Notes under the pieces: generated by a model | What the model saw: the letters and a program-made list of their open reading frames with translations, nothing else | Databases searched by the model: none | What the model was told of the DNA's origin: nothing | NCBI GenBank assembly: GCA_963662925.1 | Contig: OY759986.1 | Coordinates: 2,763,729-2,827,728 of the forward strand | Source: Aggregatilineales bacterium | Lineage (GTDB): Bacteria > Chloroflexota > Anaerolineae > Aggregatilineales > Phototrophicaceae | Length of the DNA stretch: 64,000 nt | Direction: 5' to 3' | Made by a program: the position numbers and the translations under genes | In this document: piece by piece, positions 39,711-49,384 of the stretch | How the letters are laid out: each line of letters opens with the position of its first letter | How positions within the stretch are numbered: the first letter of the stretch is position 1

Positions 39711-40594
39711 TGTCCGCGAGCTTTCGCGCGCGTCATTTGGCCATCGTCGGCTTGGGTTTGATGGGCGGCTCGCTGGCGCTGGCGATGCGGGCGCATGCCG
39801 ATCGCGTCACTGGCGTCGATCGTGACGAGCGGGCGCGCGCCCTTGCCCTGGAGCGCGGCATGGTCGATGCCGCCACCGATGATCTGCGCGAGGGCGTTAA
39901 TCAAGCCGATGTGGTCATCCTCGCGGCGCCAGTGCGCGTCATCGTCGAGATGCTGCGGATGCGCATCGGCTCCTACTTGCGCTCCAACACGCTGGTCATC
40001 GATATCGGCAGCACCAAGCAGGATATCGTCGAGGCGATGGCGACCCTGCCGATAGGCGTCAACGCGGTCGGCGGCCATCCCATGACCGGCAAGGAGAACG
40101 GTGGCATCGAAGAATCGGACGTCGGGCTCTATCGCGGCGCGCCTTTTGTGCTCTGTCCATCGCGCCGGACAACGCCGGCCGCCCGGTTGCACGCCGTCGA
40201 TTTCGTGAAGACCCTGGGCGCCCTGCCCATCGAGATGGACGCCGAGCGCCATGATCAGATCGTCGCCGGCATCAGTCATTTGCCTTATCTGCTGAGCGTG
40301 ACCCTGGTGGCGACAATCGCCAATCTCGCCCGCGATGACGGCGCGTTTTGGGAATTGGCGGCAGGCGGCTTCCGCGATACCAGCCGTTTGGCCGCCAGCG
40401 ACGTGACGATGATGGGCGATATTCTGAGCACGAATACGCAGGCGGTGGCCACCTTGCTGGCGCAGTTTCGCATGCAGCTGGCGATGCTCGAGACGCTGTT
40501 GATCGCCGGCGACGACCGGCGCCTGGGCGAATCGCTGCAGCCAATACGACAGGCGCGGAAGGAATGGGCGCGAGATCATGACGCAAAGCGCTAG
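39710..40594 (+). CDS. tyrA: Prephenate (or arogenate) dehydrogenase
   Basis: Rossmann motif IVGLGLMGGS plus the HPMTG catalytic motif. 294 aa. Confidence 0.9.
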   Translation: MSASFRARHLAIVGLGLMGGSLALAMRAHADRVTGVDRDERARALALERGMVDAATDDLREGVNQADVVILAAPVRVIVEMLRMRIGSYLRSNTLVIDIGSTKQDIVEAMATLPIGVNAVGGHPMTGKENGGIEESDVGLYRGAPFVLCPSRRTTPAARLHAVDFVKTLGALPIEMDAERHDQIVAGISHLPYLLSVTLVATIANLARDDGAFWELAAGGFRDTSRLAASDVTMMGDILSTNTQAVATLLAQFRMQLAMLETLLIAGDDRRLGESLQPIRQARKEWARDHDAKR

Positions 40595-41894
40595 ACCGGA
40601 AACGTTCAGGCTGCGCCCCAGCCGCTCATTGCGCGGCGACGTAGCCGTCCCGGGCGACAAGTCGATTTCGCATCGGGCGGTCATGCTGGCGGCCATCGCC
40701 CGGGGCCGCTCGCAGATCCGCAACTGGCTGGCGGCCGGCGATACCGAAGCCACGCTGGGCGCGATGCAAGCCCTGGGCGCGCGGATTGAGCGGCACGACG
40801 CGAATACCTTGACCATAGACGGTGGCGAACTGCGCGAAGCCGAGGCGCCGCTGAACTTGATGAACGCGGGCACGGGAATCCGCTTGCTGGCGGGCCTCCT
40901 GGCGGGGCAGGCTTTCCCCAGCACGCTCGATGGCAGCGCGCAGCTGCGGCGGCGGCCCATGCGGCGCATAACCGACCCGCTGCGGCTGATGGGCGCCGAT
41001 ATCGATTCCAGCGATGGCGCGTGCCCCTTGAAGATTACCCCCGCTCCGCTGAAAGGCATGGCTTATGAGCTGCCGATCGCCAGCGCCCAGGTCAAGAGCG
41101 CGATCCTGCTGGCGGGCTTGTTTGCCGAGTCGCCCACGACGGTGATCCAGCCCGGCCCCGCGCGCGATCACAGCGAGCGAATGCTGCGCGCTATGGGCGT
41201 CGACCTGCGGAATGAGGGCGCGGATGGCAACACGATCACGATCGTCCCGCAGCGCGTTCTGTCGCCGCTGGATATGACCGTGCCGGGCGATGTCTCGTCA
41301 GCGGCTTTTCTCCTGGTGGCTGGCTTGCTCGTCCCCGACAGCGATCTCACGATCAAGGGCGTGAATCTGAATCCCACGCGCACGGGCATTCTTGATGCGC
41401 TTGGCGAAATGGGCGCGGATATCACGCTCAGCAATCTCGACGAGCAGGCGGGCGAGCCGATCGGCGACATTCGCGCGCGCGCGAGCCGGCTCAAAGGCAT
41501 CGCGATCGGCGGCGAAACGGTCGTGCGCATGATCGACGAATTCCCGATTCTGATGGTGGCGGCCTTGCGAGCGGAAGGCGAGACCCTGGTGCGGGACGCC
41601 AAAGAGCTGCGCGTCAAAGAGACCGATCGCATCGCCGTCATGGCGCAGGAGCTGCGCAAGCTGGGCGCTGTGATTGAAGAGCGCGAAGACGGCTTCCGCA
41701 TCGTCGGACCGCAGGCGCTGGCCGGCGGGCAAGCAGAGGGGCACGACGATCATCGCATCGCCATGAGCTTGACCATCGCTGGCATGATCGCCGATGAAGG
41801 CGCGCTGGTGACCGATGCCGCTTGCGCCGGCGACAGCTTCCCGGGTTTCGCCGACACGCTGCTCGGCCTCGGCGCGACAATGATCACGACCTAG
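40578..41894 (+). CDS. aroA: 3-phosphoshikimate 1-carboxyvinyltransferase (EPSP synthase)
   Basis: PGDKSISHR, LNLMNAGTG.R and DHRIAMS motifs. 17-nt overlap with tyrA. Confidence 0.95.
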   Translation: MTQSARPETFRLRPSRSLRGDVAVPGDKSISHRAVMLAAIARGRSQIRNWLAAGDTEATLGAMQALGARIERHDANTLTIDGGELREAEAPLNLMNAGTGIRLLAGLLAGQAFPSTLDGSAQLRRRPMRRITDPLRLMGADIDSSDGACPLKITPAPLKGMAYELPIASAQVKSAILLAGLFAESPTTVIQPGPARDHSERMLRAMGVDLRNEGADGNTITIVPQRVLSPLDMTVPGDVSSAAFLLVAGLLVPDSDLTIKGVNLNPTRTGILDALGEMGADITLSNLDEQAGEPIGDIRARASRLKGIAIGGETVVRMIDEFPILMVAALRAEGETLVRDAKELRVKETDRIAVMAQELRKLGAVIEEREDGFRIVGPQALAGGQAEGHDDHRIAMSLTIAGMIADEGALVTDAACAGDSFPGFADTLLGLGATMITT

Positions 41895-42038
41895 GCAGGG
41901 GCTACCCATCGGGTCGCCCGCCTGTAGGGGCTACCCATCGGGTCGCCCGCCTGTAGGGGCTACCCATCGGGTCGCCCGCCTGTAGGGGCTACCCATCGGG
42001 TCGCCCGCCTGTAGGGGCTACCTGCCAGGTCGCCCGCA
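41894..42038 (+). repeat. Five head-to-tail 29-bp Family A units with no spacers
   Basis: TGTAGGGGCTACCCATCGGGTCGCCCGCC starts at 41923, 41952 and 41981 (three identical copies). A degenerate first copy is at 41894 and a variant last copy (..CTACCTGCCAGGTCGCCCGCA) at 42010. The array fills the aroA-aroE spacer. Confidence 0.9.
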
Positions 42039-42079
42039 CAGACAGACCAATATCTCATTCCGCAGCGAAAGGAAGCAGT

Positions 42080-42922
42080 GTGGCGACAAACCGCGTGGGC
42101 GTAATCGGCTTTCCAGTCGAGCACAGCTTGAGCCCGATCATGCACAACGCCGCTTTCAAGGCGCTCGGGATGGACGACTGGTTTTACGACGCCATGTCCA
42201 TCCCGCCCGATATCCTGCGTCTGGGGCTGCGCGAGCCGCGCGACCATGGCTATATCGGCATCAATGTGACCGTGCCGCATAAGGAAGCGATCATGCAATA
42301 CGTTCGCCCCGACGAAAAAGCGCGGGCGATCGGCGCGGTGAACACGGTCGACTTCCGCAGCAACGTCGGCACGAACACCGATGCCGATGGCTTCATCAGC
42401 GACTTGCGCGCGCATCAGGTTTCGCTTGCCGGCGAGCGCGTCCTCGTCCTCGGCGCGGGTGGCGCGGCGCGGGCGGCGGTTTATGGGCTGACGCTGGCGG
42501 GCGCGGAAGTCGCGATTGTGAATCGCACCCGGTCGCGGGCTTTAGCGCTGGTCGAGCATTTGCGGGCGTCTGCCGGCATAAAGGGGCCGCGCCTGATGCC
42601 CCTGGAAGCGGCGGCGGATTGGGGCATGTCGCTGATCGTGAATTGCACCTCGGTCGGTCTGCATCCGCATATCGAGGGGACGCCCTGGAGGCAAGACCTG
42701 CCTTTTCCTGCGGGCGCAACCGTTTATGATATGGTGTATCGACCGGCGGCGACGGCGCTGATGCGGCAATGCGAAGCCAATGGCGGGCGCGCGATCGGCG
42801 GGCTGGGCATGCTGGCGCGGCAGGGCGCGATCGCTTTCGAATTGTGGACCGGCGTCGAGCCGCCGATCGATCTGATGCAGAGCGCGCTGCGAGCGGCCCT
42901 GGACGACGCGAGTAAGGACTGA
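42080..42922 (+). CDS. aroE: Shikimate dehydrogenase
   Basis: GTG start. Contains GVIGFPVEHSLSP.MHN, NVTVPHK and GAGGAARA motifs. Confidence 0.9.
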   Translation: MATNRVGVIGFPVEHSLSPIMHNAAFKALGMDDWFYDAMSIPPDILRLGLREPRDHGYIGINVTVPHKEAIMQYVRPDEKARAIGAVNTVDFRSNVGTNTDADGFISDLRAHQVSLAGERVLVLGAGGAARAAVYGLTLAGAEVAIVNRTRSRALALVEHLRASAGIKGPRLMPLEAAADWGMSLIVNCTSVGLHPHIEGTPWRQDLPFPAGATVYDMVYRPAATALMRQCEANGGRAIGGLGMLARQGAIAFELWTGVEPPIDLMQSALRAALDDASKD

Positions 42923-42928
42923 GATTCG

Positions 42929-44107
42929 ATGCCAATTCGCTTCTTCACCGCCGGCGAAAGCCACGGACCCGGACTGACGGCTATTTTGGAAGGCATGCCG
43001 GCGGGCCTGCCATTGCGGGCGGCAGACGTAAACCACGACCTGCGGCGGCGGCAAAAGGGCTATGGTTCCGGCGGGCGCATGCAGATCGAAAAAGATGGCG
43101 TTCTCATCACTTCCGGGGTGATGAATGGCATGACGACGGGCGCGCCGATCGCCCTGCAGGTGCGCAATCGCGATTTCAAAAGCTGGAAGGAGCGCGATAT
43201 CACGCCGATTACCACGCCCAGGCCCGGTCATGCCGATTTGACGGGCGCGGTCAAATATGGCTATCGCGAGCTGCGGCTCTCGCTGGAGCGGGCGAGCGCG
43301 CGCGAGACGACCATGCGCGTGGCCGTCGGCGCGATCTGCAAGCGTTTTCTCGCCGAATTTGACATTGCGATTGACGGCTACGTTTCGCAGCTTGGCGATG
43401 TCGTGGCTGATTTGGCCGATATGCCCCTGGATGAGCGAATCGCGCGCAACGAAGACAACGACGTGCGCTGCCCCGATCCAGTCGCGGCGCGGAAAATGCA
43501 CGCGGCGATTCGCCAGGTCAAGATCGACAAGGATACGCTTGGCGGCGTCTTTGAGGTCGTGGCGCGCGGCCTTCCGCCCGGGCTTGGCTCCTACGTGCAT
43601 TATGACCGCAAGTTGGACGCGCGTCTGGTCGCGGCGATGGTCAGCATTCAAGCGATGAAGGGCGCGGAGATTGGCAGCGCCTTCGAGAACGCCGGCAAAC
43701 GCGGCTCGCAAGTGCATGATGACATTGTCGTTGACGAGGCTGGCGATTTGTCGCGGCGGACGAATCGGGCGGGCGGCTTGGAAGGCGGCGTCAGCACCGG
43801 CGAGCCGGTCGTCGCGCGCGTCGCCATGAAGCCGATTTCGACCATGCTGCGAGGCGCGCCTTCGGTCAATTTGGCGACGGGTGAGGCGAACCCGACCGTT
43901 TACGAACGCAGCGACTTCTGCGCCTTGCCGCGCGCGGTCCCCGTTGGCGAGGCGATGATGGCGATTGTGCTGGCCGACGCGCTGCTGGAAAAGCTCGGCG
44001 GCGACAGCATCGAGGAGATGAAACCGCGCTTCCGGACACTGCGGCGCAATCGGCTGGAAGACCTGCCGATGGACGACTGCGAGTGGCGCTTCGGGTACGA
44101 GATATGA
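42929..44107 (+). CDS. aroC: Chorismate synthase
   Basis: FTAGESHG, RPGHAD and SARETTMRV motifs. 392 aa. Confidence 0.95.
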   Translation: MPIRFFTAGESHGPGLTAILEGMPAGLPLRAADVNHDLRRRQKGYGSGGRMQIEKDGVLITSGVMNGMTTGAPIALQVRNRDFKSWKERDITPITTPRPGHADLTGAVKYGYRELRLSLERASARETTMRVAVGAICKRFLAEFDIAIDGYVSQLGDVVADLADMPLDERIARNEDNDVRCPDPVAARKMHAAIRQVKIDKDTLGGVFEVVARGLPPGLGSYVHYDRKLDARLVAAMVSIQAMKGAEIGSAFENAGKRGSQVHDDIVVDEAGDLSRRTNRAGGLEGGVSTGEPVVARVAMKPISTMLRGAPSVNLATGEANPTVYERSDFCALPRAVPVGEAMMAIVLADALLEKLGGDSIEEMKPRFRTLRRNRLEDLPMDDCEWRFGYEI

Positions 44108-45621
44108 ACTTCGCGACTAATATCGTCATCACCGGCTTCATGGGCGCGGGCAAGACCACCGTCGGGCAAATCCTGGCGCGCAAACTGAAGCGCGAATTCG
44201 TCGATATGGATGAGGTCATTGAAGCGCGGGCGGGCATGACGATTCCGCAGATTTTCGAGCGGGACGGCGAGGCGGCTTTCCGGGCGCAGGAGCGGCGCCT
44301 GATTTATGAGCTGGCGCTGCGCAACGGGCTGGTGATTGCCACCGGCGGCGGCGCTTTGATCGACGACGCCATGCGCGAAACGATGGCGCAGAGCGGTATG
44401 ATCGTCTGCTTGAACGCGAGCAAAGCCGATATCCGCGAACGCCTGGCGGAAAACGCCAATCGACCGCTGGCCGCCGATTGGGAGGCGCTGTACGAAGCGC
44501 GGCGCGGCGCCTATGCGAAAATGCCCTTTCAAATCCAGACGACCGGCAAAACGCCCGAAGAGATCGCGGTGGAAATCGCGGCGATCGACCGCGGCGCCCT
44601 CTATGTTCACACGCCCGATGGCGGCGGCTACCCGATTTATATCGGCGGCGGACTCTTGAATTGGATGGGGGACGACGCCGAGGCGCTCGGCTTGAGCGGT
44701 CACGTCATCCTCATATCCAACGAGACGGTCGCGCCGATTTACGCCAGGCGCCTGCTCGACAGGCTGCCGCGCGCCGATCTGATCACCGTGCCCGATGGCG
44801 AAGCCTACAAGACCCTGGAGACCGCGCGCGCCATTTATGATCAGCTGCTGGTCTTTGGGGCCGACCGCAACACGACGCTCGTGGCGCTCGGCGGCGGCGT
44901 CATCGGCGATATGGCGGGCTTCGTCGCCGCGACCTATATGCGCGGCCTCACGCTGGTTCAGGCGCCGACCAGCCTGCTCGCGATGGTCGATTCCAGCGTT
45001 GGCGGCAAGGTTGGCGTGGACCTGCCCCAGGGCAAGAATCTGATTGGCGCTTTCAAACAGCCGCGCAGCGTTTTCATCGACACCGACGTCCTGGAGTCGC
45101 TGCCGGCGCTGCAATGGCGCTGCGGCATGGCCGAGGTCGTCAAACACGGCTTGATCGCGCGGCCCAGCCTGCTTGATGCCGAGCTCTGGCGGCGAGAGCA
45201 AGCCGAGACATTGGTGCGGCAGGCGGTGCAGGTCAAGATTGACGTCGTGGAAGTCGATCCCTACGAACGCGGCATTCGCGCGCACTTGAATCTGGGACAT
45301 ACATTTGGCCATGCCATCGAAAAGGCGACGAATTATGCGATCCCGCATGGCGAGGCGGTCGCTATCGGCACGGTCAAGGCGGCGCGCCTCTCGCGGAATC
45401 TGGGCTTGATCGACGATGGCTTGGTCGAGCGCGTCCTGAAGATCATGTGGCAGCTGAAACTGCCGACCGATATCGCGCTGGACCCCGAGCGCTGGTATGC
45501 GGCGATGGCGACCGACAAGAAATGGAAGGCGGGCGTCTCGCGGCTGGTCGTGCTGAAGCGTCTTGGCGCAGCGGCCGTCGTCGAAGGCTTGTCGAAGCAA
45601 GATATCTGCGCGGTGCTGTAG
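44104..45621 (+). CDS. aroK/aroB: Bifunctional shikimate kinase / 3-dehydroquinate synthase (single ORF)
   Basis: Start trimmed to [19 protein letters not shown] (ATGA overlap with the aroC stop). The N-terminal ~165 aa are shikimate kinase (Walker A, GGGA). The remainder is DHQ synthase ([28 protein letters not shown]). Confidence 0.9.
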   Translation: MNFATNIVITGFMGAGKTTVGQILARKLKREFVDMDEVIEARAGMTIPQIFERDGEAAFRAQERRLIYELALRNGLVIATGGGALIDDAMRETMAQSGMIVCLNASKADIRERLAENANRPLAADWEALYEARRGAYAKMPFQIQTTGKTPEEIAVEIAAIDRGALYVHTPDGGGYPIYIGGGLLNWMGDDAEALGLSGHVILISNETVAPIYARRLLDRLPRADLITVPDGEAYKTLETARAIYDQLLVFGADRNTTLVALGGGVIGDMAGFVAATYMRGLTLVQAPTSLLAMVDSSVGGKVGVDLPQGKNLIGAFKQPRSVFIDTDVLESLPALQWRCGMAEVVKHGLIARPSLLDAELWRREQAETLVRQAVQVKIDVVEVDPYERGIRAHLNLGHTFGHAIEKATNYAIPHGEAVAIGTVKAARLSRNLGLIDDGLVERVLKIMWQLKLPTDIALDPERWYAAMATDKKWKAGVSRLVVLKRLGAAAVVEGLSKQDICAVL

Positions 45622-45638
45622 CCGGGAATGGGCGCCTT

Positions 45639-46088
45639 ATGAGCAAGAATATTCTGCTGTTGCATGGGCCGAACCTGAACCTCTTGGGGGCGCGGCAGCC
45701 GGAGGTTTATGGCAGCGTGACCTTGGCCGATATCAACGCCGCCGCCGAGCGCCACGCCGCGCGATACAAGATCGGACTGCGCGCGGCGCAATCGAATCAT
45801 GAGGGCGCGCTGATCGACCGGCTGCACGAGGCGCGCGAATGGGCCGATGGCGTCGTCTTCAATCCCGGCGCCTATACGCATACGTCGATCGCGCTGCGAG
45901 ACGCGATTGTCGCGATTGACTTGCCTGTCATTGAAGTTCATATTTCCAACGTGCATGGCCGCGAATCGTTCCGGCGCAAGTCAATGCTGGCGGGCGTCTG
46001 TCTGGGGCAGATCGCCGGCTTTGGCTGGCACGGTTACCTGCTCGCGCTGGACGCCTTGCTGCGGCGCTGGGAAATCCTGGTCGATTAG
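45639..46088 (+). CDS. aroQ: Type II 3-dehydroquinate dehydratase
   Basis: Start trimmed to [17 protein letters not shown]. Contains NPGAYTHTS and HISN motifs. Confidence 0.9.
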   Translation: MSKNILLLHGPNLNLLGARQPEVYGSVTLADINAAAERHAARYKIGLRAAQSNHEGALIDRLHEAREWADGVVFNPGAYTHTSIALRDAIVAIDLPVIEVHISNVHGRESFRRKSMLAGVCLGQIAGFGWHGYLLALDALLRRWEILVD

Positions 46089-46175
46089 CTGGTCAGAACG
46101 CATGAAGCTTTGTGCTTGATTTTGGCTATCTCGCCAATGTATGGCGGGTGGTTCATTCCGCTATATTATTTGTCC

Positions 46176-46202
46176 TTAGGGGCGAGCCAGCGGGTCGCGC
46201 GC
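46176..46202 (+). repeat. Degenerate Family A REP-like unit upstream of glnA
   Basis: The unit reads TTAGGGGCGAGCCAGCGGGTCGCGCGC. Confidence 0.45.
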
Positions 46203-46251
46203 GCATGAAAGCGCAACAGTACGGGAAGTATTCTGCAGAACGAGACCGGAC

Positions 46252-47586
46252 ATGACGGCAGCGGCGGACATCCTGGCGGCGGTCGACAGGCAGAGCCTGC
46301 GCTTTGTGGCGCTTTGGTTCACCGATATCACCGGCTTGGTCAAGAGCGTCATGATACCGGCGAGCGAGCTGGAGAACGTCATCGCCAACGGCTCGCACTT
46401 CGACGGCTCGGCGATTGAAGGCTTCGCGCGCGTCGCCGAGAGCGACATGGTGCTGGCGCCGGACTTGTCGAGCTTCGTCATCCTGCCCTGGACGGCGGGC
46501 GAAGAAAAGACGGCTCGCCTCATCTGTTCGATCCGCACGCAGAATGGCGATCCCTTCATTGGCGACCCCCGCAGCCTGCTGCAGAAGGCGCTGGATCAGG
46601 CGCGCGACATGGGCTTGCGCTTCAAGACCGGCATGGAGCTGGAGTTTTTCCTCTTCCCGCTAGATGAAGCCAGGCAGCCAATCGTGACCGCCAGCCACGA
46701 CACGGCCGGCTATTTCGATATCCCGGACGACCCGATCCTCTCGATGCGCCGCAGCATGCTGACCGCGTTGAAAGGCTTGGGAATCCGCGTGGATTCGACG
46801 CACTCCGAGACGGGCGGCGGCCAGCACGAGATCGACTTCCAATACGACGAGGCCTTGCGCTCGGCCGATAATATCCTGACGGCGCGCATCGCCCTGAAGA
46901 CGATCGCCAAACGCTTCAATTACTTCTGCACCTTCATGCCGCGGCCGCATGGCGATCTGCCGGGCTCGGGCATGCACACGCACCAGAGCGCGCACGATGT
47001 CGAAAGCGGCGTCAACCTCTTCGCCGACAGCGAGGGCGAATACGGCCTCTCGGATACCGCGCGCTATTTCCTGGCGGGCCAGCTTGAGCATGCGCGGGCG
47101 ATGTGCGCGGTCCTGGCGCCGCTGGTCAACTCGTACAAGCGGCTGGGCACCAGCTTCGAAGCCCCGGTCAACGTCACCTGGGCGCATGTGAACCGCAGCG
47201 CCTTGATTCGCGTGCCCAGCACGGCGCCGGGCAAGGAATACCACACGCGGCTCGAGCTGCGCTGCCCCGACCCGACAGCCAACCCCTATCTGGCGATGGC
47301 GGTCATGCTGCAAGCCGGGCTCGATGGCATTCGGCACAAAATGCCGCTGGCCGACCCGATGGAAGAGACGCTGATGGGCGGCATGCCCGAACGGATGCGG
47401 CAGATCGAGGTGCTGCCCCATTCGCTGGACGAAGCCCTCGACGCCCTAAGCGAAGACGACGTCATCCTGTCGGCGCTAGGACCTTACGTCAGCGACCGCT
47501 ACATCGCCGCCAAACGCCAGGAATGCGACGAATACAATCGGCAAGTGACGGACTGGGAAGTCAGGCGGTATCTGAGCCGCTTTTGA
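46252..47586 (+). CDS. glnA: Glutamine synthetase, type I
   Basis: 444 aa with the beta-grasp N domain (FDGSAIEGF) and catalytic-domain motifs (KPHGDLPGSGMHTHQS, NSYKRL). Confidence 0.95.
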   Translation: MTAAADILAAVDRQSLRFVALWFTDITGLVKSVMIPASELENVIANGSHFDGSAIEGFARVAESDMVLAPDLSSFVILPWTAGEEKTARLICSIRTQNGDPFIGDPRSLLQKALDQARDMGLRFKTGMELEFFLFPLDEARQPIVTASHDTAGYFDIPDDPILSMRRSMLTALKGLGIRVDSTHSETGGGQHEIDFQYDEALRSADNILTARIALKTIAKRFNYFCTFMPRPHGDLPGSGMHTHQSAHDVESGVNLFADSEGEYGLSDTARYFLAGQLEHARAMCAVLAPLVNSYKRLGTSFEAPVNVTWAHVNRSALIRVPSTAPGKEYHTRLELRCPDPTANPYLAMAVMLQAGLDGIRHKMPLADPMEETLMGGMPERMRQIEVLPHSLDEALDALSEDDVILSALGPYVSDRYIAAKRQECDEYNRQVTDWEVRRYLSRF

Positions 47587-48982
47587 CGATCAAGTCGTGA
47601 ATCCGCGTCACGGCCTCGCGCTCGTCTTCGCGCGCCAGGGCCACCGACAGGCTGCAATGCGACGCGCCCAGCGCAATCCCGAAGATCTCAATATCGTCCA
47701 GCCGCGCCAGTACGCGCGACAGCATACGCGGCGCTCGCTGCAGATTCGAGCCGACAACCGTAACCAGCGAGACCGTCTCGATCGCCCAAGGCATCTTTTC
47801 CGGATACTCGGCCATCTTCGCTTGCAGGGCGCTCTGGAGGCGGTCCAAGCCATCGATGCCGATGCTGGTGGGGATGACCAGGCAAATGAAGCTGCTGGTC
47901 GAAGACTGGGAGGCGATCAAGACCTCGGAGCGCATGCCCAGCGTCTTGAAGAGCGTGTTGCCGACCAGCCGCGTAACGCCGGCCAGTGAACCGCTCGTCG
48001 GGCGCCGCAGGGACAGGCATTGAATCGAGGTCACGGCTTGGATGGCTGGCGCGTCGTTGGCGGACTGGGACGAGATCAAGGTGCCCGCATGCGCTGGCGC
48101 GAAGATATTCTTGACGCGCAGCGGCAAATCGGCTTCCGCCAGGGGCGCGATCATCCGCGCGTGCAGGATCTTGGCGCCAAAATACGCGAAATCCGCCGCC
48201 TCGCTATAGCCCAGACGGGCGATGACCCGGGCCTTCGGCTGCTGGCGCGGATCAGCCGACATGATGCCCGCCACGTCCGCCCAGATCCAGAGCTCGTCCG
48301 CGCCGGTCAAGGTGCTGATGACGGAAGCGGTGTAATCGGTGCCGCCGCGCCCGAGCGTTGTCGTGTCTCCCGCAGCCGTGGCGCCGATATAGCCGGTGAC
48401 GACCGGGATCATGTCCCGCTCGAGCAGGGGCACGAGCGCGCTCTCGACGCGCCGCGCCGTGGGCGCCAGCTCGGGGTTGGCGTTACCGTGGACGTCGTCG
48501 GTGACGAGCAGGTCCGTGCCGTCGATGGCGACGCCGCGAATGTCGTTCTGCCGCAGCAGCGCCGCGATGATGCGCGCCGAAAGCCGCTCGCCGACCGCCA
48601 CGACTTTATCGCTGTGCATCGGCGAGAGCTCTTCGTTCAAGTTGTTGGCGATCGCCAGGCAGTCGTCAAGCAAGCCCGAGAGCAGCCCGTCGATATCGGC
48701 TTGCAGCGTGTTGCGGTCGGGCCGGTCGAGCGGCAGCTGGTCGATCAGGGCGAGGTGGCGCGTGCGCAGGTTGGCGGCGATGCGGCGGTATCCGCGCGGG
48801 TGATCGATGCGGGCGAAATGCGCGGCGTCGAGCAGCACATCGGTGACGCCGTCCAAAGCGGAGACGACAATCACGAGACGCTCCCAGCGCGCGCGTTCGC
48901 CGGCGATGATGTCCAGCACCTGCGCCAAGCCCGCCGAGGTCCCCAGCGAGGCGCCGCCGAATTTCATAACCAGGGTCGTCAT
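47561..48982 (-). CDS. Aspartate kinase
   Basis: Start trimmed to MTTLVMKFGGASLG (AAGGAGG upstream). Amino-acid kinase domain plus C-terminal ACT-like repeats. The upstream part of the track ORF translates a repeat. Confidence 0.9.
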   Translation of the reverse strand: MTTLVMKFGGASLGTSAGLAQVLDIIAGERARWERLVIVVSALDGVTDVLLDAAHFARIDHPRGYRRIAANLRTRHLALIDQLPLDRPDRNTLQADIDGLLSGLLDDCLAIANNLNEELSPMHSDKVVAVGERLSARIIAALLRQNDIRGVAIDGTDLLVTDDVHGNANPELAPTARRVESALVPLLERDMIPVVTGYIGATAAGDTTTLGRGGTDYTASVISTLTGADELWIWADVAGIMSADPRQQPKARVIARLGYSEAADFAYFGAKILHARMIAPLAEADLPLRVKNIFAPAHAGTLISSQSANDAPAIQAVTSIQCLSLRRPTSGSLAGVTRLVGNTLFKTLGMRSEVLIASQSSTSSFICLVIPTSIGIDGLDRLQSALQAKMAEYPEKMPWAIETVSLVTVVGSNLQRAPRMLSRVLARLDDIEIFGIALGASHCSLSVALAREDEREAVTRIHDLIVKSGSDTA

Positions 48983-49051
48983 AAGCGCGTGGCTGCGCCT
49001 CCTTGGCGAAAAGAACGATCTTGACCCGCGCCGGTCTTCTTCTGATAGTCT

Positions 49052-49081
49052 CAATTTTAGCAAGCGCGGCGGCATATTGAC
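49052..49081 (-). promoter_or_regulatory. Sigma70-type promoter for aspartate kinase (TTGTCA-N18-TAAAAT on the minus strand)
   Basis: The reverse complement of 49052-49081 gives the promoter. It leaves a 5' UTR of about 65 nt with AAGGAGG. Confidence 0.45.
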
Positions 49082-49105
49082 AAGCAGCCCGGGGCCCGCG
49101 CCTAT

Positions 49106-49213
49106 TGTAGACGCACGCGCCGCAATGCGACCGCCCCCGCAAAATACATTGCGGACCGCTGGGTTTCGCTCCCCTTCCCTAGCTTGCTGGGGCAAGGGGC
49201 CGGGGGATGGGGT
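49106..49213 (+). repeat. Family B composite repeat, full copy (108 bp)
   Basis: The copy reads TGTAGACGCACGCGCCGCAATGCGACCGCCCCCGCAAAATACATTGCGGACCGC...CTCCCCTTCCCTAGCTTGCTGGGGCAAGGGGCCGGGGGATGGGGT. Confidence 0.8.
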
Positions 49214-49318
49214 GAAATCCGCCCGCGGCGCAGTCTAACCGGGGCGGCCGGACCCGCCGCTGCAAATGCGACTCGCGCTTGGGGTCTGGGGGCGGTCAGT
49301 TCTCGCAGCGTAGCAGGT

Positions 49319-49347
49319 TGCGTCTGCGCCTTTTTTCGAGTAGAGTG
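49319..49347 (+). promoter_or_regulatory. Sigma70-type promoter (TTGCGT-N17-TAGAGT) for the PSP1-domain gene
   Basis: Hexamers at 49319-49324 and 49342-49347. Confidence 0.4.
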
Positions 49348-49384
49348 AAAGTCCTTTGAGCCAGCCCAGCGAGGCTACGGAATC

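Noticed and set aside
46089-46251. Glutamine riboswitch or GlnR/TnrA/NtcA operator upstream of glnA, and a weak hairpin after aroQ (46100-46125) as a terminator.
   Set aside because: No match to TGTNA-N7-TNACA or GTA-N8-TAC was found, and no glnA-motif-like pseudoknot could be recognised. The hairpin has only 6 pairs, two of them G:T, so it is too weak to call.
48983-49105. Lysine riboswitch (L-box) upstream of aspartate kinase.
   Set aside because: The predicted promoter leaves a leader of only about 65 nt before the ATG, far shorter than an L-box. No conserved L-box helices were recognisable.
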